A DNA stretch of 64,000 bases from the NCBI RefSeq assembly GCF_004010195.1, contig NC_057719.1, positions 43,587,685 through 43,651,684 on the forward strand. The letters are read 5' to 3'. Every line of letters starts with the position of its first letter. Positions within the stretch are counted from its first letter, which is position 1. A program made the translations under genes and the position numbers. The notes beneath the pieces were generated by a model. The model searched no databases. It was given only the letters and a program-made list of their open reading frames with translations, and had not been told where the DNA came from. Below, in pieces: positions 60,601 through 64,000 of the stretch. The stretch comes from Chiloscyllium plagiosum (Eukaryota).

Positions 60601-63533
60601 CATAGAAAACAGTGCAAAATTCATTAAGTAACTGGGTCTAAGCTAACAAATTAATTAAATGTTGTGATATTACTTGGAACCAAGCCTATATAGAATTATT
60701 TAATGTCTAGATGTGCATTATCAACAAGTTGTTAAAAAACGTACTTTCCAATTTTTAAAACATCTAACAGCTTTAAACTGTTTTGCAGGGGAACCCATGA
60801 GAAATTTTATTCTGTACTGATTTATGATAAATGGCATACCTGAACCAACTTCTGTAAACCATGAGGAAGAGGAGTTCAGGTTTATTGTCTGAAACTGGAC
60901 CACCTGGCTGGGTTCACTGCCTTTGCTGATGGCAACACAGACCATTGGATATTCCTGCTCAGGTACCACAAGCATTTCAAACACTTTAAGAGGGTCTGGC
61001 AGTGGAAAGTCAAAATGCTGGAAGAAAAAAATAAGATTTTGTGAAGCTAAAGTCAGTAATACAACGTACATTTAAAACAGTTTGCTTAGTCATGCATGGA
61101 TCCGAGCATTGTTGGCAAGGTAAGAATTTGTTGTCAAAAAACTAATTGCCTTCAACAATGTGATGGTGTGCTACTTTGTAGAACTACTGTAAGCTGTGCT
61201 GTGTAGGTAAAATGCATAAGTGTTGAGTAGCAAGTTTCAGGATTTTGACTGAGTGACGGTGAAGGAATGGCAAGATATTTCTAAATCAGGATGTGAGACT
61301 TGGAGAGGAACTTGTAAGTCGTGGTATTCGTAGGTGCCTACTCTCGTTTTTTCCAGTGCTATTGAAGTAGCCTTGGTGAGTTGGAGCAGTGCTTACTGGA
61401 GATGATACAAAACCATGGCAGTAGAGAGGGAGGAACTAGCTCAAGATGCTATTTGAGTCCCCTGAAAGTGGGTAGCTTTGTCCTGGATGGCATAACTATT
61501 CAAGTTATTGGAGCTGTACTCATCTACTGTATACAAGTGAAGATTATTTCACCATACATCTGACTTCTTTTTGATTAACAGGCTATAGAAAAAGTAAGGT
61601 GGTGAGAATTATCTTGAAGTCACAGCATTTGTGTGGCTCTGCATAGTTAAGATTCTGTTAATTTTTTTTGTGTGGGGATAGGACATATGAGTAACTTTGG
61701 ACTTTGTTGATAGATGCCAATGTCACAGCTGTATTGGAATAGCATAGCTATAGACACAGTTAGTTCTACAGCAAGTTTTCAGCAACTATTGTGCAAGGCT
61801 ATAATCAATGCGTACTGTACTTTTTCAATGTCACATGGAATTGAATAAAATTAGCTGAACATTAGCATCTAGTGATGAAGATCTCAAGAGAAGGTTAAAA
61901 TGGATCACCTGCTGAAGTACTTCTGACTTAAAATTGTATATCAAATAGCAAAGGGAAAAGTTTCAAAATAAACAAGTAGTTGAACATTATCAACACACCA
62001 ACATCCAAGATTTACAACTGGATATTTACATTACATTTAATCATGGTTATGTACTCTTAAGTATGAATACTGTGGATGCTGGAAACAAAGAAAAAATGCA
62101 TCTGCAATGAAAAAGGTTAATATTTCCAAGTCTTTATCAACCTGAGACATTACTCTGGCACAGATGTTCAAGTCTCTAGATCATCTCTAGAGACCAAATG
62201 TACACCCTAAGATGTGTTTTAAGACCATGCATAAATCCCAATGTGCTGACATCTGTGGGAATTGCCTGGAAAGTCTGCTCCCTAGGGTCCTCTGCAAAAA
62301 TCTTCAAGTTGTCCTAACAGTTCCAAGGTATTAACTTGGGTGATCACCGAGAAAATGTTAAGACAAATTAAAACCTGGTTTAAAATTCTCAATAACTACG
62401 GAACTGACCTCCTTAGATCGCTCACATTGATCCCTAAAATGACCATGCTAAGCAGACTACTCATACCGTTGTGCCATCTCACCCACTACCCTAGTCACAT
62501 ACCTTGCCCATCTGTCTATTCATACAATAATTCACTTAGTTGCTCACAACTAATATTCACTCCAGGCCTTAACATTTGCCATAATGCAACTAGCACAGGT
62601 AAAAAGGAATCATCTGGTCTTATGCTCATGCTACAGTGCTCTGATAGAGTTCTTCAAGGGACAATATGCTCAGCATTTCTGTAGAAGTCAGGCTGTGAAG
62701 ACCTGGCAAGAAATGTGCAGTGACTCTGTGCAGAAAAGTTCAGAGTAGCAGCAATCAAGAAACATTGCTGCTCTAGGATCTAGGTCTCTGTTTCTCTCCA
62801 AAGAGCAGTTCAGTATTAATATAACAAAAATTAGATACGTAACAGGTAACTTAAACCAAGCACTGACCTTTATCAACATGAACTTTTGCATTGGCTCATA
62901 CCACTGAAGTAAGACAATACCAGACTGCAGCGCCCCACAGAGGTATTTATGTCCAGTATATGGATTTCGCACTGCAGTTATCAAACAGAGATCAACAGTA
63001 ACATATTAATAAGCTTTCAAAAACAAATTTATAAATGATATGAACTTGCTTTCAAATGCACTCATTAAATTTCATTTTCTTGTACCAGCCATGCAATATT
63101 CCTATATGCGGCAGTCTAATCTACTGGGCTTTTCAAGAGAAAGATATGTAGAAGTGTAGATTTGCATTACTTTTATGCTTCAAATTCCCAATTTTAGCTG
63201 CTTTGCTTTTTGGGGGGGTGGGGGGGGGGGGCATGTGAATATCAAATGAAAAAGGAAGAGCAGCAATTTTAAATGATTATTTTTGCACACTTCCCAGCAA
63301 CCAGATCATAGCAGTATTGACTAAAACATATGATATACGATCATATGAACAATAATAGAGTCGCAGTCATATCCTTATGAAAACATTTTAAATACAACTT
63401 TGTATATTTAACAACTATGTTCCAAGCAAATGGTGAAAAAGAACAGAATTTTAAAAATTGAGAATTTTACACACCAATGCAGCATTTGTGGCAGCCTTTT
63501 GTTTCTGGAATTTTTGTTGTTAAAGCAAACCTC
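45550..63533 (-). CDS. MAP4K5: Mitogen-activated protein kinase kinase kinase kinase 5 (KHS1/GCKR), last 8 coding exons (CNH domain); 5' part beyond the right edge
   Basis: Exons of 59+104+178+69+93+71+56+88 nt splice in frame to ...[34 protein letters not shown]...[13 protein letters not shown]. The residues and CDKL1 synteny favour MAP4K5 over MAP4K3. Confidence 0.93.
45869..45993 (+). mobile_element. Family-B PLE-terminus insertion truncated in the hammerhead core
   Basis: 9-bp TSD CTGGAATTC (45860-45868, 45994-46002); GGGC-TCAT-GCCC-GAAATGTC. Confidence 0.8.
47700..48162 (+). mobile_element. Degenerate CR1 3' fragment
   Basis: CR1 end motifs and CTCTATGACTCT tail. Confidence 0.7.
49205..49260 (-). 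CDS. MAP4K5: MAP4K5 exon ([19 protein letters not shown])
   Basis: ATCAG| acceptor, |GTAAGA donor, 56 nt, phase 0-2. Confidence 0.94.
50540..52700 (+). mobile_element. Degenerate non-LTR retrotransposon (CR1/L2 group), interrupted by a solo LTR
   Basis: Decayed RT motifs ([21 protein letters not shown]). Related fragments probably lie at 27230-27530, 40570-40830 and 61100-61930. Confidence 0.55.
51697..52336 (+). mobile_element. Solo LTR (640 bp)
   Basis: Starts TGTGAC and ends ATATCA (TG...CA); 4-bp TSD GACT (51693-51696, 52337-52340); the host LINE resumes colinearly. Confidence 0.75.
52830..53530 (+). mobile_element. CR1 LINE 3' fragment
   Basis: ORF 52895-53176 contains [10 protein letters not shown]...[11 protein letters not shown]; tail TCTTATGGTCT. 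Confidence 0.88.
53861..53931 (-). CDS. MAP4K5: MAP4K5 exon ([24 protein letters not shown])
   Basis: CTCAG| acceptor, |GTAAGT donor, 71 nt, phase 1-0. Confidence 0.95.
55052..55144 (-). CDS. MAP4K5: MAP4K5 exon ([31 protein letters not shown])
   Basis: TTTCAG| acceptor, |GTAAGT donor, 93 nt, phase 1-1. Confidence 0.95.
55467..55562 (+). mobile_element. Family-B PLE-terminus copy with decayed hammerhead
   Basis: ATTCCTGATGAACAGCTTATGCTCAAAACATTG followed by the family-B body. Confidence 0.7.
56185..59525. mobile_element. Cluster of CR1 fragments: minus ~56185-57320, plus ~57330-58640 and ~58785-59525
   Basis: [14 protein letters not shown] (minus); WYLDFQK and [17 protein letters not shown] (plus). 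Confidence 0.8.
56776..56941 (+). mobile_element. Family-B fold-back insertion with hammerhead core, inside a CR1
   Basis: 15-bp TSD CTTGTA(T/C)AACTGCAG (56761-56775, 56942-56956); CTGATGA-AAGGCTGACGTCC-GAAAC-ATC at 56850-56877; inverted left arm. Confidence 0.83.
59843..59975 (+). mobile_element. HE1/V-SINE fragment
   Basis: GCACTGCTGCCACACAGC...GGTTCAATTCC B-box and start of the V-domain. Confidence 0.7.
60368..60436 (-). CDS. MAP4K5: MAP4K5 exon ([23 protein letters not shown])
   Basis: TTTTAG| acceptor, |GTGAGT donor, 69 nt, phase 1-1. Confidence 0.93.
60840..61017 (-). CDS. MAP4K5: MAP4K5 exon ([24 protein letters not shown]...SWFTEVGS)
   Basis: TTCCAG| acceptor, |GTATGC donor, 178 nt, phase 0-1. 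Confidence 0.96.
62868..62971 (-). CDS. MAP4K5: MAP4K5 exon ([35 protein letters not shown])
   Basis: CTGCAG| acceptor, |GTCAGT donor, 104 nt, phase 1-0. Confidence 0.96.
63475..63533 (-). CDS. MAP4K5: MAP4K5 exon ([19 protein letters not shown])
   Basis: TTCCAG| acceptor, |GTGTGT donor, 59 nt, phase 2-1. Confidence 0.93.
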
Positions 63534-64000
63534 CTGGAAACAATATACAAGGTAAATTTCAGTTACCTTTCACATTCATTTTCTAATGACATTTGTGGGT
63601 TATGGCTCATGCTACAAATCAATATCGTGAATATGTCATGAGTTCAATGACGTGTCTAGTTCTCTGATTATGCCATCCATCAACTATTTTAACTGCTTTG
63701 CCTCATCTTCCAACTAAATATTTGCAGCCATTTTAATCTTCCCTCTTTTTTCAAAAGATGCTGTTCATTGGTATAATCTTCATCAAACTTAAGATCTTAA
63801 TCCAAAGATCTGATAAAGGATCTGCTCTCCTGAAATAGTAAAATTTTGCAAGGATGCTGTCTTAAGTGCTTCATTTTGCATATATTCTCAGACATTAGTT
63901 TGGACATCACGTATCAGTGCCGGTATTCATATATGCTCTACCTGGAGTTACTTAGAAGAGAACTGCACCAAAAAAAAATATGGAATGAGGAAATGGAATA

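Noticed and set aside
62158..62257. Short palindromes (GTCTCTAGA...TCTAGAGAC; CACAGATGT...ACATCTGTG)
   Set aside because: The 9-bp arms are too short to distinguish from chance or a decayed repeat.

Overview
Eukaryotic, AT-rich, repeat-dense vertebrate genomic DNA. The HE1/V-SINE, Deu-SINE, CR1 and Penelope repeat content suggests a shark (inference). Two protein-kinase genes lie in tandem on the minus strand. The first is the last 8 coding exons plus 3'UTR of MAP4K5 (CNH domain, 63533->45550, likely poly(A) near 44210). The second is the first 8 coding exons of CDKL1 (ATG at 35833 in a CpG island, running to 1082; the last exon is off the left edge). All exons were placed by GT/AG boundaries with consistent reading phase. 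The rest is transposon-derived: CR1 LINEs, SINEs, an RTE fragment, a solo LTR and a Tigger-like DNA element. The most notable non-genic signal is a set of at least 10 short Penelope-like (PLE) terminal-repeat insertions from about four families. Many carry minimal hammerhead-ribozyme cores (CTGANGA-stem-GAAAC-GTC), form fold-back structures and have mostly ~14-bp target-site duplications. One of them has copied 58 bp of its own flanking DNA into its centre. There is also a non-TE 81-bp perfect inverted repeat in the CDKL1 intron after exon 8. Repeat boundaries are approximate unless a TSD is given, and repeat family names come from recognition, not database searches.
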